Shown: positions 28,158-38,423 of the stretch, one piece after another
How the letters are laid out: each line of letters starts with the position of its first letter
Numbering within the stretch: the stretch's first letter is position 1
From: a virus
Lineage: Duplodnaviria > Caudoviricetes
Length of the DNA: 64,000 nucleotides
Virus record (IMG/VR): IMGVR_UViG_3300023174_000037
Reading direction: 5' to 3' (one strand)
The notes under the pieces: generated by a model
What the model saw: the letters and a program-made list of their open reading frames with translations, nothing else
Databases searched by the model: none
What the model was told of the DNA's origin: nothing
Translations under genes and position numbers: made by a program

Positions 28158-29098
28158 GGTTTCTTACCTTCGATTAATCGTCCCAGCTCAGCCACAAGTT
28201 TAAGTAGAACAAACACTGGAATCAACATGGCGCCTTTGACAAATCCTGCGGGCTGTTTGCTTGGTCCAAATATTCGTTGCCATACACCCACTGCTTTACA
28301 AATAGGAGTACCAACAGCCATTATGGCTTTACCTGTGTTGTTGGGCAATAGACTTTCGCCCATTTGATAGGCCATTTCTTCTGCCCACGGAGTGGCAATA
28401 TCTTGTGCCCACCGAGTGGACCAAGATTTAGCTGCTTGACTAAATGCTTCATCTGTCATCCACGGCATCATCTTGGGCCCTCGACCATCCATCCAATCGA
28501 CTACAATTTCTGCCCATGCACGATAGCCGTTATAGATGTCTGGACTGCGTGTAACTAGTTTGGCACCAAAGGCTTGATCAGCTAGATATATTTCTTTACT
28601 CATCAGCCCAAGTTCATATAACTTGGTGCAGATAATCTTGCCACCACCACCACCGCCTCCACCTCCACCTCCGGAGCCCCCAGGGCCACCACCAATGCCT
28701 ACAAAAGCATTGATGAGATCTCCTGCAGCAGCTGGTATAGATCCTCCGGTGACGGTCTGTCCTGGATAACCTACATAACCGGGTTGACTATCAGGACCAC
28801 CGCCGCCACCGCCTCCACCAGTCATTGATACAATGTTTAGTGTGCCAACAAAAGTTTCTGGCAATACTATAAAATTATCTCCAGCTGTAGAAAATGTCAC
28901 AGTGGTCAGTGTTGTTCTTTTAGCACCATAAAAATCTGTAATACTTATAGGACCAGAAGTTGGAACATTGGGTGCATAATCTGTTAGCAGAACATATGAT
29001 CCGCCTTTATAATATTCAGCGAGACGAGTTGGGGCAGCGCCGCCAAATTCTTGTTGTATATCCCAGAGACTTATAGGTCCTTCGGTTTGCAAGGCCAT
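28154..29098 (-). CDS. Tail-fibre-like protein: phage N-terminus (MALQTEGPISLWDIQQEFGG), Gly-rich segment, C-terminal 'KIICT' domain
   Basis: Translated motifs; position in the structural block. Confidence 0.65.
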   Translation of the reverse strand: MALQTEGPISLWDIQQEFGGAAPTRLAEYYKGGSYVLLTDYAPNVPTSGPISITDFYGAKRTTLTTVTFSTAGDNFIVLPETFVGTLNIVSMTGGGGGGGGPDSQPGYVGYPGQTVTGGSIPAAAGDLINAFVGIGGGPGGSGGGGGGGGGGGKIICTKLYELGLMSKEIYLADQAFGAKLVTRSPDIYNGYRAWAEIVVDWMDGRGPKMMPWMTDEAFSQAAKSWSTRWAQDIATPWAEEMAYQMGESLLPNNTGKAIMAVGTPICKAVGVWQRIFGPSKQPAGFVKGAMLIPVFVLLKLVAELGRLIEGKKP

Positions 29099-30099
29099 TA
29101 CAATACTCCAGACGAAGTCACATTGCCTATGGTGGTGAAGTTGCCCTCTGAATCTATTTTGGCAACATTAAATCCATTGAAACTAAAATACAAAGTTGTG
29201 TCATTAGGAGTTATTGCCCAGCCGCCGGCTAGGTTAACTTCAGGAAGATTAGTGATGGTTCCGCCGGTAATAGCAACAGCATTGGCGTTCTGAGTGGCCA
29301 TTGAGCCCAGGCCATTTATTCTATTATTGACAAATGCCGCAGTGGCCACTTCATTATTAACTGTTCCAGCTATAGGAGTTGGTGCAGTGACCGTGCCAAC
29401 CAATTGAGTTGTTCCTGCTACTGATAAATTGGCACCAACGACAACGTTGCCTTGTGCTGATACAGTGCCTAACACACTTAAGGTGTTGGATCCTTTGTTA
29501 TAGGTCAATCCGCCAACAGCATCAACGTTGCCAGCAGTGTTGAATAAAATTTGTGTGCTGGAACCAGGTGCTCCTGTGATATTTCCAACAATGTTTCCTT
29601 GGAAGTTGCCAACAAATAGGCCAGCGGTTACAATGTTACCTGTGGCTGAAACTATACCTTGTGCCACCACATTGCCTTGAGAACTGATACTGCCGGTAGC
29701 AGTTATATTTCCGCCTGCATTAAGATTGCCACTAACTGATGCTGATGTGGTCGCTATATTGCCACCAGTGATGTTGCCTACAACACTGATCAATCCGGCT
29801 GTTAAAAAATTACCTCCAGTGACATTGCCAAATGCACTGACAATGCCACCTGTAGCAATGTTGCCTACTGCAATATTTCCAGTGACCGATGCGCTTCCGG
29901 CTGTTCTTAAGTTTCCACCGGTGACATTACCAGTGACTGATAACGCAACCAGTGTGCCAAGTGATGTGATGTTTGGTTGTGCAGCATTGGCCACATTGCC
30001 AGCTGTGTTGGCAAAAGTAGGAGTAACAGCAAAGTTAGCATCTAACTGACTGAGTGGTATTGGACTTTGTTCATTGCCGAATGTGTATGGTACTGTCAT
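29098..30099 (-). CDS. Tail-fibre-like protein with xTGNITGGN repeats
   Basis: MTVPYTFGN..IPLSQLDANF start; repeated VTGNVTGGN units. Confidence 0.7.
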   Translation of the reverse strand: MTVPYTFGNEQSPIPLSQLDANFAVTPTFANTAGNVANAAQPNITSLGTLVALSVTGNVTGGNLRTAGSASVTGNIAVGNIATGGIVSAFGNVTGGNFLTAGLISVVGNITGGNIATTSASVSGNLNAGGNITATGSISSQGNVVAQGIVSATGNIVTAGLFVGNFQGNIVGNITGAPGSSTQILFNTAGNVDAVGGLTYNKGSNTLSVLGTVSAQGNVVVGANLSVAGTTQLVGTVTAPTPIAGTVNNEVATAAFVNNRINGLGSMATQNANAVAITGGTITNLPEVNLAGGWAITPNDTTLYFSFNGFNVAKIDSEGNFTTIGNVTSSGVL

Positions 30100-30109
30100 T
30101 TTTGCCTTG

Positions 30110-31174
30110 TTAAGTTAATGTAATATTACCCCAGGATACACCGTTGTAACCTTGATATGTATTACCAACCACTATTAACATACCAACAACTGGATTTGAA
30201 ATGGCAGCATTGCGGGCAGTTGCATTAGCATATACAGGTAATTGGAAAGCTGTAGTTGCGGATATATTATTTCCGGTAATATTTCCTGCAACACTGACAT
30301 TGCCAGGCATGGTCCAATTGCCATCAGTATCAAATGTTGTGACATACGTGGCGACATTGCCCAACCCACCTGGCGTTTGAGCAATAGATATATTTTCTCC
30401 TGCTGCTATCACCAAAGAGTCCGGAAATGACACATAGTCCGGACCGGTGAATGTCAAGATACCGGTTGAAAATCTGCCGGGCAACAATATTTCACTGCGT
30501 TTATTAAAGTTGGCAGCTGCACCAAGTAAACTTGATACTCCTAGAGCAGAGTAATCATTAAGAAAAGCCCATGCCAAGTCTGGATCAGCCACGTTGGCTG
30601 ACATAAGCAAATTACCAGTTGACGAATTGATGCTTACGCCATAAAAAGCTCCGGCACGAACATTACCAGTAACTGATAACGAACTTAGTGTGCCAACCGT
30701 TGTGATATTTGGTTGTGAATTTGTGTATACTGTTCCAGCAACCAACGCATTGCCAACTTGTCCACTGACATTGGCACCTGCTACTGCAAGTGCGGTGTTG
30801 GCCACATTGGCCAAAGCCACAGCACCCGACACATTGGCACCTGCTACTGAGTTGGCAGTGGTAGCGTAGGTCACTGCTCCTACCACATTGGCACCTGCTA
30901 CTGAGTTGGCAGTGGTAGCGTAGGTCACTGCTCCTACCACATTGGCACCTGGAATATTGGTCAAAGCGTTTCCGTTGCCAATGTATTGAGTGCTGGTAAC
31001 TGATCCGTTTACTGTTAACGAAGTTAAATTGCCAACCGATGTAATATTTGGTTGTGCCGCAAAAACTACAATATTAGCCGTAGAGACGTTGTTGGCAACA
31101 TACGCAAAATTAGCGTCGAGCTCTGCGGCCGGAACCCTACCGCTGGCATTGGCAAAAGTAAAAGGAACAGTCAT
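30110..31174 (-). CDS. Tail-fibre-like protein
   Basis: Paralogous N-terminus MTVPFTFAN..LDANF; repeated AGANV units. Confidence 0.7.
   Translation of the reverse strand: MTVPFTFANASGRVPAAELDANFAYVANNVSTANIVVFAAQPNITSVGNLTSLTVNGSVTSTQYIGNGNALTNIPGANVVGAVTYATTANSVAGANVVGAVTYATTANSVAGANVSGAVALANVANTALAVAGANVSGQVGNALVAGTVYTNSQPNITTVGTLSSLSVTGNVRAGAFYGVSINSSTGNLLMSANVADPDLAWAFLNDYSALGVSSLLGAAANFNKRSEILLPGRFSTGILTFTGPDYVSFPDSLVIAAGENISIAQTPGGLGNVATYVTTFDTDGNWTMPGNVSVAGNITGNNISATTAFQLPVYANATARNAAISNPVVGMLIVVGNTYQGYNGVSWGNITLT
30831..30951. repeat. Perfect 54-bp tandem duplication inside the fibre gene (18-aa unit ANVVGAVTYATTANSVAG)
   Basis: acattggcacctgctactgagttggcagtggtagcgtaggtcactgctcctacc occurs twice, followed by a partial third start. 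Confidence 0.9.
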
Positions 31175-31203
31175 TTATATCCTATTTGGTGTTAAGTTAA
31201 TAT

Positions 31204-33993
31204 TTATACATTTCCGCTGACCCATATAAACTCGTAGTCTGACGAATTTACCCATATGAGAGATTGATTAGCATTGTTAATCCAGTCAATTGCGCTGACT
31301 TGGTTGATAGGACTTAGAATATTACGTCTCGGGAACAACAAATATCGGTCGTATATATCAGTGTTGGAATACATGTCAACTGGTGCAGTAAATTGCATAC
31401 TTCCTCCATCAAATGTAGTTCCTGGCGGAGTAGCATAGGTCCAGTTGGCTAAAGTAAAGTTATCATCGGCCCAGGTAGTTATGATGTTTTCATCATTGAT
31501 CCATCGAGCAACATCCCTACCATTTGAAGACCAATATGCAGTGTCAGTGGGCAGTGTACCAGGAGTAGTGGCGGCCAAACAAACATACAGTTTGTTAATT
31601 CTAACGTCGCCTTGAATGGTTTGATATTGCACAACGTCACCCATTTGGTAAGTTGTTGTGTATGAGAATACGGGCAAGCCGATAATGTCAAAAGTGGTCA
31701 AACTAGGCGGATGTGGAGGACCCCAATATTGTTCTTCACGGTCCCAATTCTTAGTCAGTAAATTATCTAATTCATATCGATCTACTTTGAAGTCGATTGT
31801 ATTGAGTTTTTCAGCAAAGTCTTGTCCAATGTAATAGGCCAACTGTTCTCCGCGTCCGGGTTTGGCATAAGCAATAACCCAAGCAGGAGTAAAACCCAGT
31901 GTTTGACCATTGGCTTGTTTGCAAATCATCCATAATGGTAACACATTTGAAATTTGTCCCACTGTATCAATTACCTGATCTCGCATGTTGATCAAACTGT
32001 TGGGATACACTGTAGTAATTCCAGCAGCGGGTCCAGTGCCCACAGTGTACGGTAGCGTGACTTCTTTGCTGACACTTTCACCTTGAGCATTGACCAAATC
32101 ATCAATGATTCGACTGTATACCACTTCGTAGATAACTGCGCCCGTGCTGTCAACAGCTTGGGCAACTTCAATTGACCCCAGCACAAGATTTTTCCAATAA
32201 TGATTGATATCCAAACTGCTTACATAAGCATCTATAGTGTCTGCTTGTAGACCATACGCATGATAATACTTGACATTTTTTGCAATACCAAAATTTGGAT
32301 CAGTTGGACGGTATATCAAATCCTGTTGGAAAATATCTGAATTTTGTAGTAATCCATTTATGATAACACGATCGTCGAGTGGAGGCATGGCCAAAATATA
32401 CAAATTGTCATAGGGTTCATTGTAGGCACGATTGACTGTGATTGAAAATGTGTTGTTTGAATTGATCAATCCATCTGTGCTGTATGCGTTGACTGTGAAA
32501 GAACAAACCAAATCAAAAGTAGTGGTGCTTTTATCAAACGTAGTGGTGCCCATGTCCAAGGCAAAAGTATTAAAACTCGCCCGACCAGCAATTTCACCGG
32601 TGGGCAACAATTGTAAACCTTGTGGTAGTCGACTATCACTGCCAGACAACAATTGATACTGTAGTGCTACACCGCTTCTACTTACAGCGGCCACATAAAA
32701 AGTGCTGGTAGCTCCGTTGTCAATCGTGCCGAGATTGTCAGGAACCAACCAAGTTATATCAGCACTCACTGGACCAGTCACAGTTAATGAATAAGCATAG
32801 GGTGGACTCAGTACCTCTGTGATTGCTGTGAATGTCAGTCCTGCTGTTGTTCCAACAGTGGTATCAATAGGCAAGCCGCCTGGAGATGGTGACAGTGTAA
32901 AGGTAGTCGATGCATTGGTATTAATTATATAATACGAGGTTGGGTTGGAATATCCTGTAATGGTTCCTGTTCCAGTGTTGGTTCCACTTATTACAACTTC
33001 TTGCCCAACTACTAACGGAGTAGGGTTACAAGTGAATTGTCCGTTGACGCCATCAATTGCCACGCCCGAGTAGGCCGACTCCAATATCAAATTAAGACGA
33101 ATATTAAAAGAGTAGGTTTGGAAATTAACACCCAATGGAGGGATTGTTCCATATAACCATCCTGAGTTTGGGTCTAGTGTTAGACCCGGTAATGCTTGGT
33201 CTATCAAGTATTCAAACGGAGCACCACTTAGGCTAACGCCGTTGAACTGGAAAGCAAAAAAGTTATCTCCGCGAGTTGATCCTATCGACCCTTGTGGCGT
33301 CAATAGGACAGGAATAATTATTGGAGTTCCGTCTGCTGTGATAAACGTGTTGTCAGCAGTGTCAAATGTGTTGTCAGCAGAAAGATAAGATCTGGTCCAG
33401 ACATAGATGCTGAATGCTCTTAGTGCAGTGCCGCCTACCCTGCCATCCGACAACTCTAATGTAAATGAGTAATTGATATTTTCACTGCTAAGTGCTATAA
33501 GACCAGAAATTTTACCACGAGCGTCTATAGACAAACCTGGAGGTAAACTGCCTGACGCAAGTCGAACCACTGTTGCATCGGGTCCTGTATAGTCTATTTG
33601 TAAGTCTGTGACCAAGGTAGCATCAAAGAACTGGGCTATTTGTCCCGGTGGCGTATTAAATATCGGTACGTTGGTATCAGTTACTTCAAGTATAAATGTT
33701 CTATCGGCAAGTCGATTTACAACTGGTCCAACTCGTGTAAATGCTCTTACAGCAAATTTACTAGTGGTGTCAGCTGACACATCGGCCGGAACACCTTGTA
33801 TTGTGGCTCGTGCATTAGGAATACCGGTTATAATACCAGTGTCGTCAATTTGCATTCCATTGGGCAAGGCGCCAGCTATCAGTTGATAATACACTGTATC
33901 AGTGGCCGTGGCCACTAGTGGAATCTGGTAGAACACACCTTCCGGTATAGTTCCTAGAATCCCCGCAGGTGTTTGCCAGACCGGTTGTGCCAT
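31204..33993 (-). CDS. Large baseplate/tail structural protein with Ig-like (He_PIG-like) repeats
   Basis: Repeated GxLPxG(L/M)xxxxxGxIxG units; 929 aa; located in the structural block. Confidence 0.7.
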   Translation of the reverse strand: MAQPVWQTPAGILGTIPEGVFYQIPLVATATDTVYYQLIAGALPNGMQIDDTGIITGIPNARATIQGVPADVSADTTSKFAVRAFTRVGPVVNRLADRTFILEVTDTNVPIFNTPPGQIAQFFDATLVTDLQIDYTGPDATVVRLASGSLPPGLSIDARGKISGLIALSSENINYSFTLELSDGRVGGTALRAFSIYVWTRSYLSADNTFDTADNTFITADGTPIIIPVLLTPQGSIGSTRGDNFFAFQFNGVSLSGAPFEYLIDQALPGLTLDPNSGWLYGTIPPLGVNFQTYSFNIRLNLILESAYSGVAIDGVNGQFTCNPTPLVVGQEVVISGTNTGTGTITGYSNPTSYYIINTNASTTFTLSPSPGGLPIDTTVGTTAGLTFTAITEVLSPPYAYSLTVTGPVSADITWLVPDNLGTIDNGATSTFYVAAVSRSGVALQYQLLSGSDSRLPQGLQLLPTGEIAGRASFNTFALDMGTTTFDKSTTTFDLVCSFTVNAYSTDGLINSNNTFSITVNRAYNEPYDNLYILAMPPLDDRVIINGLLQNSDIFQQDLIYRPTDPNFGIAKNVKYYHAYGLQADTIDAYVSSLDINHYWKNLVLGSIEVAQAVDSTGAVIYEVVYSRIIDDLVNAQGESVSKEVTLPYTVGTGPAAGITTVYPNSLINMRDQVIDTVGQISNVLPLWMICKQANGQTLGFTPAWVIAYAKPGRGEQLAYYIGQDFAEKLNTIDFKVDRYELDNLLTKNWDREEQYWGPPHPPSLTTFDIIGLPVFSYTTTYQMGDVVQYQTIQGDVRINKLYVCLAATTPGTLPTDTAYWSSNGRDVARWINDENIITTWADDNFTLANWTYATPPGTTFDGGSMQFTAPVDMYSNTDIYDRYLLFPRRNILSPINQVSAIDWINNANQSLIWVNSSDYEFIWVSGNV

Positions 33994-33996
33994 AGT

Positions 33997-35691
33997 TTAA
34001 AGTATTACTGCAATGATAGTTTTTTCGCCATCGTCAAGATTGGTTTCAAGAGCCTTGGCAAAAACAGCCTGTCCATACAGTCGGCTACGTCCAACACTTT
34101 GAGCATATCCTGCAACGGAACTGGTGACCAGACCGTCTCCTTTGGTCACAGCGCCAATCAACTTGACCGGAACACGACCACGCAGGGCTACTGGCAATCC
34201 GGCCTGTCCTGAATTCATCAAATGTGCTGGATTGGTAGATATTGCTCCAGCCACTCGTTCGTCTGCTACTTCGGTGCTGATTGTTATTTCTTGTTCTCCG
34301 CCAAAGATAACCACTGTGCCAGGTGCGTATTCGGCATCGGCTGTGTAGTTCTCAGCCAAGTCAGCATACTGAGCCGATGTAGCAACGGCAAACACAGTGT
34401 TGAAATACTTGCTTGAAGACCCAATATTACCAACGCCATTGGCGTTGTTGTTTACCAACAAGCCGATGGATACTGCTCCAATGCCCGCTGATAAGTTGCC
34501 GCCAGTTATGGTAAGATTACCGCCCAATGTAACATCGTGGGCAGTTATATTACCTGTTACAGTGCTCAAAGTAAGGTTGCCGCCAGTGATGTTACCAGTA
34601 GCACTGATTAATCCGCCTAATGTAACATCATGAGCAGTTATGTTACCTGTAGCACTGTCCAAAGTAATGTTGCCACCAGTGATGTTGCCAGTGGCACTTA
34701 CTACACCGCCAGTTAGGATGTTGCCACCTGTGATGTTGGCAGTGACATTTGAATTACCGGTTGTAAAAATACCAGTGGCCGCAACAACAAACACATTTGC
34801 AGTTCCACCCACACTGGTATTGACATTACCACCGGAACTAGGAACTTTTACGTTTGATGTGCCGTTTTGAATGCCTGTGGCGTCAATACCAGACAATTGA
34901 CTACCATTGCCAAAGATGTAGTTTCCAGTGATGTTGCCTGTGGCTGAAACTTGCCCAACTGTGGTAAGATTGCCACCTGTGATGTTGGCAGTAACGCTAA
35001 CAGAAGTTCCTGTGTGACCAACAGCCGTAACATTTCCACCAGCATTGATATCCAATGTTGCACGTAAATAGTTGCCGGTCACGTTGCCTGCAGCACTTAC
35101 TTGGCCGCCGGTGACCAAATTGCCACCTGTGATGTTGCCAGTAGCAATGGCTGTTCCAGTTGTGACCAAATTACCACCTATGACATTGGTAGTAGCAATT
35201 ATATTACCGCCAGTGATATTGCCTGTGGCCGAAACTTGTCCAGCAGTTCTTAAATTGCCGCCTTGCACGTTGCCACTTACGCTTACATTGGCCAGTGTGC
35301 CCACACTTGTTAAACTAGAAGTTACCACGGTATTTGCAATAGTAGTGCCAGTTATATTGAGTCCATTAACTGAACTGGCAACAACGTCAGTCAGTGCTGA
35401 TCCATTGCCTAGATAAAAACCTGCGGTTGTAATATTACCAGTGGCACTCACTTGTCCCGCTGTTCTAATATTGCCACCAGTGACATTGCCTGTAGCACTA
35501 GCAACACCGCCGGTAAGAAGGTTTGTTCCAGAAACGTTTCCAGATCCGCCCACTGCAATAGGAATACCACCTAAGGTTGTTCCATCGCCCACATACACCA
35601 CTTGAGTGTCTGTGGTATAAATTAGCTCGCCTATAACAGGTGTTATAACTGCTAGTTGTGCGGCTGTTCCGCGTCTGATTTGCAAACTCAT
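33997..35691 (-). CDS. Tail fibre protein with Mtd-N-like N-terminus, TGNITGGN repeats and C-terminal chaperone-like domain
   Basis: LQIRRGT...GELIYTTDT..VYVGDG; C-terminal ADLAENY..D..Y.PGTVVIFGG...PVAL.GRVPVK. Confidence 0.8.
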   Translation of the reverse strand: MSLQIRRGTAAQLAVITPVIGELIYTTDTQVVYVGDGTTLGGIPIAVGGSGNVSGTNLLTGGVASATGNVTGGNIRTAGQVSATGNITTAGFYLGNGSALTDVVASSVNGLNITGTTIANTVVTSSLTSVGTLANVSVSGNVQGGNLRTAGQVSATGNITGGNIIATTNVIGGNLVTTGTAIATGNITGGNLVTGGQVSAAGNVTGNYLRATLDINAGGNVTAVGHTGTSVSVTANITGGNLTTVGQVSATGNITGNYIFGNGSQLSGIDATGIQNGTSNVKVPSSGGNVNTSVGGTANVFVVAATGIFTTGNSNVTANITGGNILTGGVVSATGNITGGNITLDSATGNITAHDVTLGGLISATGNITGGNLTLSTVTGNITAHDVTLGGNLTITGGNLSAGIGAVSIGLLVNNNANGVGNIGSSSKYFNTVFAVATSAQYADLAENYTADAEYAPGTVVIFGGEQEITISTEVADERVAGAISTNPAHLMNSGQAGLPVALRGRVPVKLIGAVTKGDGLVTSSVAGYAQSVGRSRLYGQAVFAKALETNLDDGEKTIIAVIL

Positions 35692-35700
35692 TTAATTCTC

Positions 35701-36681
35701 CTAGAATAATGTTCCAACGTCGACATTAATAGACGATGGTGCGTTAACTGTGCCCATGTTAAGATTCCCTGCGGATGTCAAGGCAAAAATCCATTGTATT
35801 GGATTACTGTAGGTGTTAGCTGCAATGTATCCAAAATCCCACATACCATACAAATTATTAACCGCGTTAACTAACCCGTATAACTGTCCAGTGACCACAG
35901 CATTTACGTTGCCAGCGGTAACATCTACGTTACCAACCACCGTGGCCGACCCTGTCAGTGCTAAATTGTTGCCGGCTAAATTGCCGGTGTAGGTTGGTAA
36001 GAACGCAGCCACATTGGCATCGTTATAATTTCCACTGCCTCCTCCACCACTGCCAATAAACGGTGCTCCATTGGCATAGAAATAACCATCAGTTGAAATT
36101 GCGCCAGGCGCTAAATTACCAGTGTAAGTTGGTAAGAAAGCGGCCACGTTGGCGTTGCCGTATACAGCGGGTGTTCCTGTAGCAAAGGCAATGTTGCCTA
36201 AGATATAATTACCCGAAATATTGCCACCAGAGCTTACTTGTCCAGTGGTTAAAATATTGCCGCCTCTGACGTTGCCAGTGGCCGTTACATAGCCAGTGAT
36301 ATTGGCGCCACTGGAATTGAATACTACCACATTGGCTATTCCACCAACGCTGACTCTAACAGGTGCATTGGCTGTGGAAATACGGACATTACTGGTGCCG
36401 TTGGCAATCTGGGTGGTGGTAACATTACCTGACTGCGATATTTCTGCCCAAACATCGGTAGTTCCGTTGTATTCGGCAAAACAATAGTAAAATGCATTGG
36501 AGTCGTACGCATACCAACCGGGTTGATCACCGGCGGAACCTAGTAACGTTGCAGGTGGAGATGTCTGGGCTCGTAGGTATAATTCAGTAAAATTTTCATT
36601 GGTAATAATGAAAGAGTTACGTAATGCGGTACCTTGCCCGTCATTGGGGGCAGCACCTACGCCAATCGTTTGTTGAGTCAT
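35701..36681 (-). CDS. Tail-fibre-like protein
   Basis: IGVGAAPNDGQGTALRNSF...NENFTELY N-terminus; GNV repeats; late promoter at 36703-36708. Confidence 0.7.
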   Translation of the reverse strand: MTQQTIGVGAAPNDGQGTALRNSFIITNENFTELYLRAQTSPPATLLGSAGDQPGWYAYDSNAFYYCFAEYNGTTDVWAEISQSGNVTTTQIANGTSNVRISTANAPVRVSVGGIANVVVFNSSGANITGYVTATGNVRGGNILTTGQVSSGGNISGNYILGNIAFATGTPAVYGNANVAAFLPTYTGNLAPGAISTDGYFYANGAPFIGSGGGGSGNYNDANVAAFLPTYTGNLAGNNLALTGSATVVGNVDVTAGNVNAVVTGQLYGLVNAVNNLYGMWDFGYIAANTYSNPIQWIFALTSAGNLNMGTVNAPSSINVDVGTLF

Positions 36682-36745
36682 AGAATTAGGATCCTCATGC
36701 TGTATTTAGCAGAGGGCCAATTCTAACTAGTTTGGGGTATTTTGT

Positions 36746-37072
36746 TTAGCCTGGACTGAAACTGCTGCCGCAACCACAAGTGGTCACTGCTGTGGGGTTT
36801 TTGATGCTAAAAGTAGCACCATATTGGTCTTCTTTGTAGTCTACTTCTGCACCTTGAAGATAGCCGCCGCTCATGCTGTCAACTAGGACTTGGACACCGT
36901 GATAGTCTAGATCCCAATCATCTTCGTTTTTTACTTCGTCTAGGGTAAAACCGTATTGCATGCCACTACAGCCGCCACCCTGCACAAAAACACGTAGTTT
37001 AATGTTAGGGTTATTTTCTTCGGCAATAATGTCTTTGATTTTTGCCACTGCATTTTCTGTAATTGTAATCAT
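36746..37072 (-). CDS. erpA: A-type Fe-S carrier, ErpA/IscA family
   Basis: [16 protein letters not shown] ... [14 protein letters not shown]; start ATG 37072 overlapping the SOD stop. Confidence 0.92.
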   Translation of the reverse strand: MITITENAVAKIKDIIAEENNPNIKLRVFVQGGGCSGMQYGFTLDEVKNEDDWDLDYHGVQVLVDSMSGGYLQGAEVDYKEDQYGATFSIKNPTAVTTCGCGSSFSPG

Positions 37073-37623
37073 ATTCTTTCGTTGCAAACGTTCCAATCAA
37101 TGATTTTCCAGATGTTGTCTAGATAACGCTCTTTGTCCCATTGGTAGTCCAAGGCCCAAGCGTGTTCCCACCAGTCTACTAAAACACAGATATCTGTCCT
37201 AACCTGATGGTTTGGGATAGTTTTAATCGTGCCCGATGTGCTGAGATATACCCAGCCCGATCCCTGGATGCCCATGGCCACCTTTTTAAATTCTGCTTTA
37301 AAGTCTTCATAGGTTTTGAAGTTGGTTTCAATAAGTTCTAACACAGCACCTTTAGGGCGATTTGCGCCTTTGGGCTCTTTTAGTTGTGGGAAAAATTTGT
37401 TATGTAAAAAACTGCCAGCACGATTGAAATCTTTGTTGCCTTCGTCAGCATTATAACGCTTGGCATAGCCTTTGGCCAAATGCTCGTAATGGTATTCGAT
37501 TGTGGCTGGACTCATTACCGGTTCCAGCGCCTTGTGAGTGTAGGGCAAAGGAGTAGTTTCCAACTTGGCTGGACGAGTTGAGGCTTCTAATAATTCGATA
37601 TCTTGTCTTATACTGGTATGCAT
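37069..37623 (-). CDS. sodB: Fe/Mn superoxide dismutase
   Basis: LPY...TIEYH, GSFLH, QGSGW.YL, DWWEHAW; the four metal ligands appear retained. Confidence 0.85.
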   Translation of the reverse strand: MHTSIRQDIELLEASTRPAKLETTPLPYTHKALEPVMSPATIEYHYEHLAKGYAKRYNADEGNKDFNRAGSFLHNKFFPQLKEPKGANRPKGAVLELIETNFKTYEDFKAEFKKVAMGIQGSGWVYLSTSGTIKTIPNHQVRTDICVLVDWWEHAWALDYQWDKERYLDNIWKIIDWNVCNERI

Positions 37624-37631
37624 ATGGATAT

Positions 37632-37850
37632 TTATCTACGTCGAACAATGCGCCCACGAGTTAGGTCATATGGACTAAATTCCATTTCCACTGTATCGCC
37701 CATCAGCACTTTGATATTGTTTTGACGCATACGACCGCTGAGGTTGGCCAACACAGGCTTTTCAAAGTTTTCCATTTTGATACGAAACATGGTATTAGGT
37801 AGAACCTCTGCTACAACCCCTTCCATTTTTATTACGTCTTCTTTGCTCAA
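37632..37850 (-). CDS. infA: Translation initiation factor IF-1
   Basis: MSKEDVIKMEGVVAEVLPNTMFRI...SGRMRQNNIKVLMGD.V.MEFSPYDLTRGRIV. Confidence 0.97.
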   Translation of the reverse strand: MSKEDVIKMEGVVAEVLPNTMFRIKMENFEKPVLANLSGRMRQNNIKVLMGDTVEMEFSPYDLTRGRIVRRR

Positions 37851-37866
37851 TTAGTATATGCTTTCA

Positions 37867-38265
37867 TTATCTACGCATTTTACTTATGTCTTTGGCTTCT
37901 TCGTCTGAAAATACTGGCACAGCATTTGACTTGTGCATGGTAGCAATGCCCTTGACTTTGGTTCCAGTATACACCTTGGGCGCCGCAAGAACTGCTGAAC
38001 CGCCTTCGGTGCTTCTACTAGGAATATGCGCTGTGGTATTGCGCCCGGCCGGAATACTCAAACTATAACTGCCGCTCAAACTAGGAGCACTCATAGCACG
38101 GCTACGTTTCTTAGCTTCTGCGTCGATGCCCCACTTCTTTTGTAGCTCTTTCCAACTGAGATCAAGCTCGCGAGCTTTTCGTGCATGTTCTGCCGACGCA
38201 AATTTTTGTTTGCCTTTTCTCTTGCCGGTGGTGCTGAGCCAAGGGCCTTCAAGGTGCATTGTCAT
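37867..38265 (-). CDS. Conserved phage hypothetical protein
   Basis: C-terminal KVYTG..VKGIATMHKSNAVPVF. Confidence 0.65.
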   Translation of the reverse strand: MTMHLEGPWLSTTGKRKGKQKFASAEHARKARELDLSWKELQKKWGIDAEAKKRSRAMSAPSLSGSYSLSIPAGRNTTAHIPSRSTEGGSAVLAAPKVYTGTKVKGIATMHKSNAVPVFSDEEAKDISKMRR

Positions 38266-38270
38266 ATTAA

Positions 38271-38417
38271 TTAATCAATCAAATCAAGGCCAAAAAAATC
38301 AGTAGGGTGACGAAGACCAAACACGGTAAATCTCATGGCTTCGCTAAACGTGTCAAAATACTTTCTTGACCGTTTGTTACTGCCGGTAAAATAATAGGAA
38401 ACTCTATATTTTTTCAT
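38271..38417 (-). CDS. Small basic hypothetical protein (48 aa, MKKYRVSYYFTG...)
   Basis: Hand-translated; leaderless promoter directly upstream. Confidence 0.6.
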   Translation of the reverse strand: MKKYRVSYYFTGSNKRSRKYFDTFSEAMRFTVFGLRHPTDFFGLDLID

Positions 38418-38423
38418 ACTACT

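Noticed and set aside
33997-35691. Mtd-like N-terminus suggesting a diversity-generating retroelement target
   Set aside because: No reverse transcriptase and no template/variable repeat pair differing at adenines was seen in the window.
29051-36487. Numerous plus-strand 'MLPV/LPPV' ORFs and overlapping short ORFs in the fibre block
   Set aside because: These are antisense reads of the TGNITGGN repeat codons and are not independent genes.
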